This document shows positions 1-13,269 of a DNA stretch of 64,000 nucleotides, in pieces. This DNA comes from Octopus sinensis (lineage: Eukaryota): assembly GCF_006345805.1 (NCBI RefSeq), contig NC_043018.1, positions 5,084,001 to 5,148,000 of the forward strand, written 5' to 3'. How positions within the stretch are numbered: position 1 is the stretch's first letter; every line of letters starts with the position of its first letter. The position numbers were made by a program, and so were the translations under genes. Under the pieces are notes generated by a model, which saw only the letters and a program-made list of their open reading frames with translations, was not told the DNA's origin and made no database searches.

Positions 1-86
1 GTCTCGGTCAAGTACCAGGGTCGATGTAATCGACGAGTTCCTTTTCCTCAAAATTTCAGGTCTTGTGCGTCTAGTAGAAAGAATCG

Positions 87-240
87 TCAGGTTCTCATGC
101 TCTGTTCAGCGCATTGGGTAGCAAACTTCGTCCACCGGGTTCGATCGGATGTTACCCTTGCACATTCATTCTGCGCAATGTTAACTGCCTGCAGGTCATC
201 TTGAAATGCCCGACGCCTCGTGATCATCAGCTTACCCTTT
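87..240 (-). mobile_element. RTE-clade LINE, C-terminal RT-region fragment
   Basis: Minus frame reads RRRAFQDDLQAVNIAQNECARVTSDRTRWTKFATQCAEQSMRT*, typical of the ORF C-terminus of RTE-like LINEs (DL...A.DR..W...QC). Confidence 0.6.
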
Positions 241-287
241 TAGGCCTCTCATTGGGTGGTATCTAAGTCATGGCTGCTTTGTTGATT

Positions 288-617
288 CAGTGTTTCTCAA
301 CAATTTTTCCATCTATGAAACCCCTTTGATTACCATCTTACTCCGGTAGACCCCCATAGACAACGAATGTTTAGAAAATAGTTTTATAGACACTTCTTTC
401 AAAATTCCTATTCATTTGTTTCGTTCGAACTATGGAAAAACTTTAAAGAAAGAAACTGATCTGTTTCAGTAAACACATACAAGCAAAATTCGTTTGATAG
501 ACCCTTAAAGTACTACCATGGATCCCCGATTTACTATTTTGCTTGCATGGACGCCCTCACCCCCTAATTCTTATATGGATCTTCATGGGTTATACGAACC
601 CCGGTTCAGGACCATTG
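288..617. mobile_element. hAT-like MITE (degenerate)
   Basis: Starts CAGTGTTTCTCAAC, ends GGTTCAGGACCATTG (imperfect inverted ends); interior matches the copy starting at 25275. No clear 8-bp TSD. Confidence 0.45.
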
Positions 618-1323
618 CGTTACACGGAGAATATGGTTACCCTGGTGGAATCAGCTTTCTGCTACAACCTCTCACAGCGGTCGTAACCCCTCTCTTCCCA
701 GAATTTCTTCATTTATAATAAGGTCTTGCTAGTTGACCCATACGATTTTTCTAAGGCACTTTAGATGGATTATATTATTAGTTTCTTATCCGCCTTTTTA
801 CTCTGCTCTTCAAAGTCTCGCACGCATAAGTTACAATCGGTAAAACGAGTTACTGTACCTTTATTCAAATCGATCCTCTTGCACACCCGGCTTCCCTATA
901 CACACGTGCGCGCGCAGTCACGCAGATTCGGCCGCCGTTGGAGTGCTTTAAGTGTGCAATTATCAGTCAACTAGAATATACTACAATGAATAGGTAGATA
1001 TATTGATCGATCAAATGCAATACGTATCAATAAAGTTGTGAAATCGATCAGAGTAGAAAATTGTATAAAAATTTGTATAGTGTGATTTGAAATACATTTG
1101 TCATTTGGATGAGAGAGACAGGGTTGAAATGGAGACATGTGCGTCTATACAAACACACACACACACACACGTTTCTATTTCGACCATGTGTGTGACTTGA
1201 CGAACTTCAGTGATCTCCGCTTAGATGTTTGTATAAAATCACGATGTGTTCTCATTGCAGCAGTTGTCTATGAGTATACACACTCACACGCACATATGCG
1301 CGTGTATATATATATATATATAT

Positions 1324-1376
<53 letters not shown>

Positions 1377-1436
1377 AAGAAAAAGAGAGAGAGAGAGAGA
1401 GAGACGATGATGCAAATAAACAGATAACCTCCTTGG

Positions 1437-1565
1437 GTCCCGACAGCTGTTTCTGGTGGTTCGGTGTTACTTCATAACATTGGCAGATGTATTTCACCCA
1501 AAATTTGCAACCAGAAATGGTATCAAACAAACACTGGAGAACTCGAGCCTCCTTCTTCAGGGTGG
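1437..1565 (-). ncRNA. degenerate type I hammerhead-ribozyme-like motif
   Basis: CTGAAGA, stem II AGGAGGCTCG/CGAACCACCA (7 of 10 pairs, 80-nt loop), GAAA-CAGCTG-TC; stem I only 2 bp. Confidence 0.3.
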
Positions 1566-1657
1566 GGAGATAAGAATCTTATACTTCAGAGTGCAGGTTT
1601 CAAATCTTTTGAGCGTTACTAAATGTTTTCTACAGAGATTCTCTAGATCTCATCTTT

Positions 1658-1701
<44 letters not shown>

Positions 1702-1702
1702 T

Positions 1703-1740
<38 letters not shown>

Positions 1741-2189
1741 GCATGTATATGTATATATATATATATATATGTATATGCGTAGATACATGAATGTGTGTGT
1801 GTTTGTATAGGTGTACGAGTAAACGTGTGCGCATGTGTGGTGAATGCATGATTACCATAAATACGTTTACTTATTGTTTAACCTGAATGAAGTACAATTA
1901 AAATGATAAAGGAGAGTCTAGTGGGAAACGAACCAACGGCGCTTCGATGTAATTGTCTTTTTATACCATTTAAGCCTCTTAGGAATGTTTGCCCTGAAGC
2001 GAACGCTCTAAGCAGTTGCAGCCGGAGAAAGTTATACGCTCACACACACATACTTATGTATATATGTATATATATATATATATATATACACATGTACGTA
2101 TGTACGTATGTATATGTGTCTATGTATATATGAACGTATGCATGTGAACGCATAAAGTTTGTGTGTATATATTTATGTGCATGTGTTCA

Positions 2190-2410
2190 TGACAACTGGT
2201 GTTGGTGTGTTTACGTCCCATAACTTTGTGGTTCGGAAAAAGTGTCCGATAGAATAAGTACCAGGTTTATCAATAAATAAATAAATAAAATAAAATAAAT
2301 AAAACTAAGTACTGGTGTCGATTCATTTGATTATAAACTCTTCAAGGCGGTGCCCCAGAATGGCCGCTGTGTAATGGCTGAAACAAGTGAAAGCTAAAAG
2401 ATGAAAGATA
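2190..2410 (+). mobile_element. SINE family A, 3' part
   Basis: Matches the recurrent body GGTGTGTTTACGTCCC...GGCGGTGCYCCAGCATGGCCGC...GACTGAAACAAG found many times in the window. Confidence 0.75.
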
Positions 2411-2559
2411 AAAAAATCTCCATTAAGCTACAACTTCCGTTTGTGCTGTGATGTAATTGCTGAAACAATACGCAATGCCATCCATGGCAATGAGTGCCGG
2501 CGGATACTTCCAGGCAATTCCTCTGTTATTTAATACATTCATGTATACATACATATATC

Positions 2560-2882
2560 TCTTATTTGTTTCAATCATTAGACTCCGGCCATACTGGGGC
2601 ACCACCTTCAAGAATTTATAGTCGGATGAATCGACCCTAGTACTTCAATTCTTTAAGCCTGATACTTATGCTCTCTGACTTTTAACTAACCGCTGAGTAA
2701 TGGGGACAAGCGGTGGAGGGAGACAGACACGCATGCGCGCGCGCAATGGGCTTCTTTCATTTTCCGTCTACCAATTCTACTCATAAGGCTTTGGTGGGCC
2801 CGAGGCTATAGTAGAAGTGTGACTGAACCCGGAACCATATGGTTACGAAGCAAGCTTCTTACCACACAGCTACGCTTGCGCC
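2560..2882 (-). mobile_element. SINE family A (tRNA-headed, CORE-like), near full length
   Basis: Reverse complement of head (A-box-like T(A/G)GCTGTGTGG, B-box-like GGTTCAGTC) plus body and 3' end. Confidence 0.8.
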
Positions 2883-3169
2883 TGAATGTACATATCATCA
2901 TAAAGATTACATAACAGACTTCATGTTTGGCACTGAAACGAAGAGTCATTTACAGTCATGAAGTTCAGTTGTCTTTGGAAATTTACAGCCTCTTTGCCCT
3001 AATTATCAATTCATGCTTATGCCGATAATTACTGAGGGTCATTGCAATGTTTTAGTACCAATGTCGAAAGCGAAGATTTTGGAACAAAGAAAGGGATCAG
3101 AGATAATACTCACTTTCCTAATTACAATCTGAAAGTGGAAATTTTACATATATATGCAAAACTTTTCTA

Positions 3170-3690
3170 AAACCTTTTTGACGTTAACTGTCTGGGACCG
3201 TCCTTAGTTCTATAAAAGGTAAAAAGGCCGCTTTCTAAATTAAGACCTTCCGCCAAAATTTCATGTTAATTTATGTTGAAATATCAATATGATAAGGATA
3301 AAGCTATTTAACAAAATTATTATTTTCAAAATTAATTCAATCAGATGCAGTATACTTCTACCGAAATAGGGGTAACAAAAGGGTTAAAGTGATCTAAACG
3401 AGAGATTTCCAAATATTAGCTAAATAATAAAAAAAAAAGTTATTTTACTGAATTTTTTTATTATTTTCAAAGTTAATCGAAACAAGGGCATTGTATTTCA
3501 GCAGAAATTTGGAAGCAAAAAGGTTAAAATGATCAAAATGAAAACTCTCCATCAAAATTTCATGTTAATTTTTCGTTTATAATGACAAAGATATTTCACT
3601 GAATAATTCATTATTTTGAAACTTAATTGAAAGAAATGCAGCGAATTTCAGCAGAAACATCAAAGATACAAAAGGGATAACCTGTAGCGC
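3170..3690. mobile_element. piggyBac-like MITE end, in 3-4 degenerate tandem copies (~140 bp)
   Basis: GGTAACAAAAGGGTTAA terminus near 3370-3388; related units end AAAAAGGTTAA (~3525) and AAAAGGGATAA (~3680) and share AAAATTTCATGTTAATTT. Confidence 0.4.
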
Positions 3691-3907
3691 CTTTTGGCTA
3701 TCGTTTTGTATCGAAGGTATACATTGCTGTATACATTGTAACGAAGGTAGTAGACATTGCTGTAGGGAATCTTCGGTATCCTACACCGAACAGCCGTGGA
3801 TAAAATATCAAGAAACGGGGTTCAATGTAATGGACAAGCCCCGTCACAAATCAAAATCGCTGGCTTGGTGCCTAAATTAGAAGCCATTAATCAAACAAAG
3901 AGTGAAG

Positions 3908-4130
3908 ACGGCGGGCTGACAGAATCCTTAACGCGCCGAGTAAAATGCTTAGCGACATTTGGTCAGTCTTTTTGCTCTGAGTTCAAATTCCCCCATGTCG
4001 ACTTTGGCTTTTTTCCTTTCGGGGTCGTTAAATAAAGTACCAGTTGAACGCAGTGGTCGATGCTATCGACTTTTCCCACTCCGAAAATTTCAGACCTCGT
4101 GTCCACGGTAGAAAGGATTATTAAAAGCAG
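3908..4130 (+). mobile_element. SINE family B
   Basis: GGCGGGCTGACAGAATCC...GAGTTCAAATTCC (B-box-like)...GTCGACTTTG...GTACCAGTT...GGTCGATG, shared with many other copies. Confidence 0.75.
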
Positions 4131-4395
4131 GGTGATGGTTGTTAAAATCGTTTGTGTAGCATAGTTCCTGTTGGACCCTGATTAAACAGATCTATGATGA
4201 AATCCATTCCAGCCACGACAATTCCGTTTTTGGAGACGCGTCTAGGTCTAAATAATGTAAAGTATTTTCCCCTTTTTAAATGTGATATAATAGAGAGTTG
4301 GCGGTTATGGCTAAGCAGATAAATCACTTACAAACTCCTACATAAGCTTTATTGTTCCATTTCAAGAGGGGCAGGCTTGCGCACTTCATATTCGT

Positions 4396-4476
4396 GGCTC
4401 CGATGAAGCTATAAGGTGTTATTCAGTCACTCAGCTTTGAGTCCACCGTATCTTACAGCAGAAACAGCTGTAAGCT
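4396..4476 (+). ncRNA. type I hammerhead-ribozyme-like motif, C4 variant
   Basis: GGCT-CCGATGA-AGCTATAAGG-(34 nt)-TCTTACAGCA-GAAA-CAGCTG-TA-AGCT; stems I and II pair, helix III is the palindrome ACAGCTGT. Confidence 0.5.
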
Positions 4477-4799
4477 AATGCATTTCAAAAGATAATCGTT
4501 CATTTCTTTGTCTTCTCCTTTTCTTATTACCGCTCTGTACTCGACTAACATTTGATTGAGTTCTACACCACGTTATTAGTCTCAAAATGCCTAAGCAAAA
4601 TACACACACACACACACATATATAAATACACACTATTTCGGTCACGTGGAGCCAAATATCCCGGATGTATAAGAGTTACGGGAATGCAGAGAGGTGCGTC
4701 ATCAGGAACACACCTAACCTCGTTCCTTTTACACGTGCACGTGCATGTGTGCAAATAACTATATACGTATAAATTATATATATATATATATATATGCGT

Positions 4800-4853
<54 letters not shown>

Positions 4854-5183
4854 ATACATACACAGATATATTTACACAAATGTGTATTAAGAAATATGTA
4901 TACATACACGCACCCCCACATATACACACACCCCTTACACACACACACTCGTATACATGCGCATATATAAGCACAGGCGTGGCTGCGTGGAAAAAAGCTT
5001 CCTTCTCAACCATGTGGTTCCGGGTTCAATCCTACTGCATGGCACCTTGGACACGTGTCTTAGCCCAGGGTAGACTGAAGCTTTGTAGATGGATTCAGTA
5101 GACAAAACCTGAAAAAAGCACATCATACACACATGCATACACACACACACACCACACACATACACACATACACACACCAAACA

Positions 5184-5221
<38 letters not shown>

Positions 5222-5392
5222 ACGTATATATATGTATATATATATATATGTATATCTATATATATATATATGATTATATATTAATATATATATATATATA
5301 TATAATACATATATAATAAATATTAGGGAATAAATCCAAATTTACAGGGAAAAAATCAGATTTATGATTAAATCGATTTTATAGTAAAATAT

Positions 5393-5718
5393 TATAAAAT
5401 ATTATTCGAGACAAAACCACTATTTTGCAAAACAAACAAGGAAAGACTTAATCAATACATAAAATTTTAATAAAAGTCAAAAAAACCGCCACTAACAATC
5501 GTTTCTTGTCTTGATCGACAATCTTCAGGTGGACTTCCAATAATTCATAATTCATAATTTGACACTGAATTATTGGAAGTCCACCTGAAGATTGTCGATC
5601 AAGACAAGAAACGATTGTGGTGGCGGTTTTTTGACTATTTATTAAAATTTTATGTATTGATAAGTCTTTCCTTGTTTGTTTTGCAAAATAGTGGTTTTGT
5701 CTCGAATAATATTTTATA
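5393..5718. repeat. inverted duplication (~155-bp arms, 18-nt spacer), Penelope pseudo-LTR-like
   Basis: 5393-5547 is the near-exact reverse complement of 5566-5718; each arm carries CTGAAGA-TTGTC-GATCAA-GACAA-GAAA. Confidence 0.85.
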
Positions 5719-5750
5719 TATACATATATATATATACAATATATATATAC

Positions 5751-5823
<73 letters not shown>

Positions 5824-5852
5824 GCTCACACACAATAACAGATGGGTTCCAG

Positions 5853-5940
5853 TTCCCTACAGCTGTTTCAGACATGTTCTTTATTGATGAACAAATTGTA
5901 CATTCATGAAAAAAGAAAAAAAATGATTTCCTCAGGTGAA
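5853..5940 (-). ncRNA. degenerate type I hammerhead-ribozyme-like motif
   Basis: TTCAC-CTGAGGA...GAAA-CAGCTG-TA-GGGAA; stem I 4 of 5 pairs, stem II poorly paired. Confidence 0.3.
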
Positions 5941-6820
5941 TACAGGTAAGAATTAACAAGTAGAGTTTCTCACAGAACAGAACATACTATCACATGACTC
6001 AGTGACTTAATTTCGGCAGGTGAATGAGTGAGTAGTTTCAGCTGTTTCTAAGTGTATTGCTGCTTATTTTACAGACCCTGAAATGGTGAAGAAGAATAAA
6101 GAAAACCTGGACAGTAAAGAGCCGGAAGAAATGCAGCAAAGCACTTTTTACGGCGATGTAGGGATTCTGCCAGCTCTCCACGGAAGCTTCTTTTATTTCT
6201 TCTGCAAGCTGCTCTATTTATACGCACGCGGAGGCAGGCACAAGCATATTTATATATCGTGTGTGCGCGTGCGTAGACATATATATATGATATATATTAT
6301 ATATATATATATATACATGCCGGATGTGTAGAAGTTGAATGAATGCAGACAGGCGCGCCATTGACACACCTTATAGCATTCATGTGAAATACCTGCCAAA
6401 ATATTCATACAGATTTCTGAATCCCTCTCTCTCTCGGTCTCACCTCTCCGCACCTATCTCTCTTCACGTGTGTGTTTGAGGTCTACAATTCCCTCAACAC
6501 ACTCCTCCAACAATAGCTTCTGCAGGATTTCTCGCTCTTTTTTTTTTTTGTTATTGCGTGGAATATGACATGTGTCTTTATATTTGTGAATTAAGAAAGT
6601 TATTGTTCTCCTCTGGAATGTGTATAATTCTCTCAAAGGTTCCCTTAAAAATACCGGTAATCCTTTTCATTTCGGTTCCTCATCCAAAATGGAGGCAATG
6701 ACCAGCATTTTCAAGTGGACCGTTTGAAAAATTGTGGATATCATCCCATCTGGAACCGTTGGTAATCCTCACATGAACAGTATATATATATATATAATAA
6801 TATATATATATATATATATA

Positions 6821-6860
<40 letters not shown>

Positions 6861-7795
6861 TGTGTGTGTGTGTGTTATGATTATTTGCAAGATCCAGTAT
6901 AACCGTGGCAGAGTCAAGGACGGTATACACGTGTATCAACAGTGTGTACGGACACTCACGTGCTTACTGAGGCTTATACAGGTTTGCCTCTCCAGTCACG
7001 CTCATACCCAGATGTATAGACCAAATACAATCAACGTATAGTGAAATCAGACAGCAGCATACTTCGGCATGCAGGCCACAGTCCACTTAAGGGTCAAGAT
7101 CCAACGCATATATATAGGGAGAGAGAGAGAGGGGGGAGAGAAAAAGAGAGAAAGAAAGAGAGGCAGAAAGAGAGAGAGGGAGAGAGTGCGTGTGCTTAAT
7201 AAGCGACTTCTTTGGATTCTATGACTCACGCGTTGGCTTATAGAGGCGACGAGTCTGGAAGTTTTGCACAAGAGGACTTTCAATTTTGTTCGAGTCTCTA
7301 ATCCGAGGATTCAATCCGAAACCAGGACTTCCGGTTGAGTGAAGCATTACAAATACACTGATGCTTTTCTACCGTACCAGAACCTACAGCATGCAGATAA
7401 AAACTACACACACACCACACACATGTATTTATACATATATACATATTTTCAGAAATAAATATATATGGGTGTACACATGTATACATTTATATACATATGA
7501 ATATCTACATAGATACATACCTAGATACATAAATGTTTATATGCGTGTGTGTGTTTGTAGGTGTATGTATGCACGTGTGTGTATATATATATGTATGTAT
7601 GTATGCATGTATATATGTACATGTGTTTGTATGTATGCTAAGTGAAAAAGAAAACAGGTGAAACTGTGAGCTGAAGAAAGGTGTGTGCGGTGGGAAAGAA
7701 AAAAATGTTTGCACTTTTCAGCAACTGAAAAAATGTGCTTGTAATGTTTATTTACACACACACACACGTGTAGTTGATATATTCATGTGTGTGTG

Positions 7796-7851
<56 letters not shown>

Positions 7852-7925
7852 CACACACACACACATATATATACATATATATATATATGTATATATATAT
7901 ATCACACATATATATATATATATAT

Positions 7926-7959
<34 letters not shown>

Positions 7960-8559
7960 TATGTATAAGATATATATACATGTACACACACACACACATA
8001 TATATATATAGATGTATGTATGTGTGTGTGTATGTGTGTGTGTGCGTGTGTGTTTGCCCATACGTGGGCGAACGCTGTATTTTAAATAAATTTGTATATT
8101 CTAAAAAATATACAAAACAATAAATAAATAAATAAACAAACAAAAAAAAACAAACAAACAAGCAACCAAGTAAATAAGAATCTCTTCCCCCCACCACCAC
8201 CCACCCCCAGCCCGTCCTTTATCTATTGTAAGCAATCGGTGCCGGAGGCGGCGGCGGCGGTTGCGACTCGTGCTATGGAAATGACATTGAAAAACGTCAA
8301 CTGAAATATTCTTTATGGCCCAGCGTTCACTGAATTATAGACAGGTGCCAAATGGTTGTGTGGTCATGTGTGTGAGTACGGAGGTAGATGTGTGTGTGTG
8401 TAAGTGTATATAAATGCACGTGTGCGTGATGCATATTTATATATACACATGCCTCTACACACACACACACATATATATAGTTGAAATTTACAGAAAAACA
8501 AAAGGCGAAGACACGCACGCACACACATACATATATGTATACATATATACACATACACA

Positions 8560-8587
8560 TATTTATACATACATATATATATATATA

Positions 8588-8627
<40 letters not shown>

Positions 8628-8643
8628 AATATGTATATGTATA

Positions 8644-8684
<41 letters not shown>

Positions 8685-8736
8685 ATATATATATATATAT
8701 ATATAATATATATTATATAATATATATATATACATA

Positions 8737-8767
<31 letters not shown>

Positions 8768-8830
8768 GTTATATATATATTATTATATATAATTTATATA
8801 TATTTATATGTATGTATATATACATGCATA
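8560..8830. repeat. imperfect (TA)n microsatellite
   Basis: Direct inspection; one of many such tracts. Confidence 0.95.
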
Positions 8831-8970
8831 CATATACTACTATATGACTCATATGTACACAAACTTCACGCGCGGCCCGGGAGGGATACAATCAGACATA
8901 TACGTACGCTCATAGCCGAATATATTTAATTCCGTCTGAATATATGTTGGAACCCTGAGTGTATGAGTAT

Positions 8971-9004
<34 letters not shown>

Positions 9005-9547
9005 GTGCACACACGCATCGATTTGTTTTTAATTCAGTTGAACGATGTAACAAACATTTTTATACATACCTACTTACATACGCCCTCTCTTTCACACACA
9101 AACGCGCGCACACCTACTCACAGCCTGTTCCCACCACCCACACAGTTATCTGTAAATGTTTGGATGTTTACAAAGTATTTACATTCCTAATGAAAGCCTT
9201 ATAATCTCAAACATCTACAAAACAGAAACGTTACGCTTAATCTCCTGCGTGGTATTTAGTTTCTCAGAAATAACAACCAAATTTTCCTTAAATCGCACCC
9301 TTGTCTTGAGAAATAATAAAATGGGAGTTGACATACTATTGGAAGGTAGTCTCTGGAGTGAAAAACATAAAATGGCCACAGTTGGAACGTCACTGATGAA
9401 CTTAATGCGAATTACCTGTACTAAACCTCCCTACCTCAACCACCATCATCACCTACAACAATAACACCGACTACAAACATCAGATGAATGGAAACATGTT
9501 TAGAGAGTATATTATATCTTTTATCATGTGTCTTGGGAGATTCTTTA

Positions 9548-9942
9548 CGCCAATAATAACACACGCTCAGGCTCAATTCCACTTCTTTATTAAGTCAATT
9601 AGTTGAATATCCAACTAATTAACCAATAGATCATTTGTTTAACGTGTTGGTTTAACAATCAATCGGTCGTTTGTTTCTCCATCACAGATCTTTCGTTGCT
9701 GTTCGCAAACTTTTCAGTAACCCGTGAACTCATCAGGCCTTGGGGCGATTAGGGAGGCACAGGTGACTGAAAAAGTTGGGAGCAGTAACGACAGAACTTT
9801 GACGAACAAACAAACAACCTATTACTTGTTTAACCAACACGTTAAACAAACAATCGATTTGTTTGTTGTTTACATATATAAGCAATTGACTAACAATAAA
9901 GAAGTGGAGTTGAAACCGTGTGTGTGTTTGTTATTATTGGCG
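9548..9942. mobile_element. TA-flanked foldback MITE (Tc1/mariner-type ends)
   Basis: TA|CGCCAATAATAAC ... GTTATTATTGGCG|TA; arms are complementary over most of their length (e.g. TTTGTTTAACGTGTTGGTT / AACCAACACGTTAAACAAA). Confidence 0.7.
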
Positions 9943-10029
9943 TAATGACTCTCCCAAGACAACAAATCTTGTTTCAACACATGGATTCACGTCAAGAATC
10001 TTGCAAACCAAATACAAAAACAAAATATC

Positions 10030-10432
10030 TTTTATCATTTACTTCTTTCGGTCATTGGACAGCGGCCATCCTGGAGCACTGTCTTGAAGGGTCAATTCGG
10101 GCAGAACGACACCTGAACTTATTTTGTAAGCCTGCTCCTTATATTATTGGTTTCTTTTACTGAACCGCTAAGTGTCGTAAACAAACTAACCTCGGTTGTT
10201 AAGGAATGGAAAAGGACAAACAGCAAAAGTGCACTCGATTAGGCGCGCGCGCGCACACACACACATACGTATAGGGCTTCATTTAGTTTCCATCTACCAA
10301 ATTCATTTACAATGCCTTGGTTGGCCCGAGGCTGTAGTACAAGGCACCTGCGTAAAGGTACAGCGCAGTGGTACTGAACCCCGCGCCACGTTGTTAAGAA
10401 GCCAGTTTCTTACCACACAGCCGCGCCAGTGC
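10030..10432 (-). mobile_element. SINE family A
   Basis: Reverse-complement match to head, CORE-like and 3' segments; an oppositely oriented 3' fragment follows at about 10495-10655. Confidence 0.75.
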
Positions 10433-11120
10433 CTCGCCATGTGTAATTCTCGATAGCTAGATGACTCTACCACAATGTCATTGTTCCGAGGTTCACCACA
10501 GGTGTTGGTGTATTTGTGTCTTTGTAACTTAGCTGTTTTACAAAAGAGACCGATTAGATATATGCCAGGCTTTAAAAAAAGTCCTGGGCCGATTCAGCAA
10601 TGCCCCAGCATGGCCGCAGTCTAGTGATTGAAACAATTAAGAAAAACAGAAAAAGATGCATTGTTATATTCTCTTTTGTTTTTAATTACCGCCATTTGCC
10701 TTAGGCTCTCACCTTTTTGATGGAGTTGAAGCGAACCATGGTGACATGTGGCAATTTTAGAGATGGCGAAGCCCATCTCTCAAGATCTGACCACGGGTGA
10801 TCTCTTCTAATTAGCGAGACACAGACAGAGTAAAGACTGGGAGACAGGAAAGAAATCAACTCCAGTACTGAATTGGTACTTTATCGTGTCCAAAATGGAT
10901 GGAAAGTAACACACACACACATGCAAGCACGCAGTCAGAGTAAGTGTAGTGAACAATATATATAAAAAAAGACGATGTGAAAGGGACAGGCTTTAACGTA
11001 TATAATATTATTATAAAGATTAAAAGGAAGGGAAAGTAGCAGAACGGTTCGGACGTAAGTTCTTCATCAGAAGAAACAGAAAGACATAAGGACGTGAGAA
11101 AAAGCGAAAATGGACAGGCA

Positions 11121-11199
<79 letters not shown>

Positions 11200-12144
11200 T
11201 GCCATAGAAAGAATTTTATGATTCATGTAATTTACTTTTTTTCGTTTATTTTTTCAGATTGAACGTGGAAACTTTTCCAACTCCAGAAACAAGAAAAATA
11301 AACAAGTGCAGTAACAGCAGCAGCGACACCTACAATAAGGAGTGAATCGTAATGGAGCCAGTCGACTTGCTAGTCATAATAGGTAAATCTCTGGCAAATC
11401 CACCATTAAAATATGGGAGAAAATATTGGAAAATGAAGTGTAAGTTAAATTAGGTTGGAAATGAAGATATCGGGTTAAGGGTGAAATGTTTATCGCGTTC
11501 GGTCGAGTTGAATGAGGTGGTTAAATAACAACAACAAAACAACGATAACAACAACCACGGCGACTGGAACAATGCCAACGATGACAACGACGGCGACAGC
11601 GAAAAATACGAGAACTAAAACAACAACAACAGCATGTGTAAATATCAATTCTACTGGTAGACCTCAGAGTTACTCAAGTTGATTAGGGACTGGTTTGTGG
11701 ATCAATGGAAGAGCATTTGGTAATATGGCAGACAAAGGAGTAAAAGGTGTCAGAGAAGAACAAGCCAACAAGTTATCATCAAAAGATCCCTTGACTGATG
11801 AGACACCTGCCCTGAATAAGTGTTACAAGAGTCGACTCCGCTAAAGTCCCCACCATAGGGCAAAATGCTTCATCAATCCATCGCCTTAAATTAAGGAACT
11901 TTTTATATATTTTTTTATATTTTAGTCGCTCCTGCGGAAAACAAAAAGCAAAGTTGACCTCAGCGGAAATCGAACATGGAGCACAAACAATTGGAAAGTA
12001 GTCTAACCGACAAAGAACGATGCCAATTTGCCGATTATGCCAAAATAAAAACAAATATAAAATAAAACATGAAGTTATTAAAGTCGTCGAAATTTTCAAG
12101 TTTATTAATGCTCAACATTTTTCTGCCTTCCCTCTCTATCTGTC

Positions 12145-12382
12145 AGTGTGTATGTGTGTGTGTGCGTGTGTGTGTGTGTGTGCATGCGTGTGTATGTGTG
12201 TGCATGCGTGTGCGTGCGTGTGTGTGTGTGTGTGCGTGTGTGTGTGTGTGTGTATGTGTGTGTGTGCGTGTGCGTGCGTGCGTGTGTGTGTGTGTGCCTC
12301 TGTGTGTGTGTGTACGTGCGTGTGCGTGCGCGCGCGCGCGCGCGTGTGGTGTGTATGTGTGTGTGTGCGTGTGCGTGCGTGC

Positions 12383-12415
<33 letters not shown>
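12145..12415. repeat. mixed (GT/GC)n alternating purine-pyrimidine tract
   Basis: About 270 bp of GTGTGCGTGT... including (GC)7. Confidence 0.95.
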
Positions 12416-12420
<5 letters not shown>

Positions 12421-12795
12421 CTCTCTATCTCCCATCACTAAATTCAATGCAATCTGATCTTCAGTATAATATTTATTAATTTAAAATATGATTAAATAAA
12501 ACAATATTCAATATAAACAAATAAAAACAAAATCACTGTGTTTTTATTTTGTAACAAAGTTCACATATATCACGCACTCACCCTCTCTTTTCCTTCTCTT
12601 ACACCCCCCACACACATACACTCTCTCCGATTTTTTTTTCATTCTCTCTCCATTTTCTTTTCTCTCTTCATCTTCTTCGTCGAGGAACGTAGACACGAAA
12701 CGTAAAGACTTTTCCGTTCTTCCCGAGCGTTAAACTAATACATTTGCTTGTTGTTCCCTCGCCTGTCTTCGTCTTTTGTTTTCTGTAAATTTGAA

Positions 12796-12830
<35 letters not shown>

Positions 12831-13269
12831 CCTATCTACCTATTTTCTATCTATCTATCTATCTATCTATCTACCTATTTATCTATCTACCTATTTATCT
12901 ATGTATGTATGTATGTATGTATGTATGTCGTATCTTGAAATCATGAGATCTGAGGAAGCGAATGAAGGAGAGGATTATGATTGCATATTTCCATACATTA
13001 TGGCATGTATTGCCCAACATTGTATGAATTGCATAACAACGTACGAGATATGGAACGACTGATAGGCTCCGTTTGCGGAGGAAGCAATTGTAATGTCAGT
13101 TTGACTTTGCTTTCCTTTATTTAAATAATTACTTTCATTATTCTCTCTGCGTGGCTTATAATTAAGCCGACCGGATCTTACCTGGGAACTGTGCAAGGAT
13201 TCCTGAAGCCTAACAGATCTTTTGATTCTGGAATACAAACCAGGATTACAATAATCCTCTCTATCTATA

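Noticed and set aside
7361-8929. YI/HT/CV-repeat ORFs here and throughout the window
   Set aside because: Translations of (TA)n and (CA)n microsatellites.
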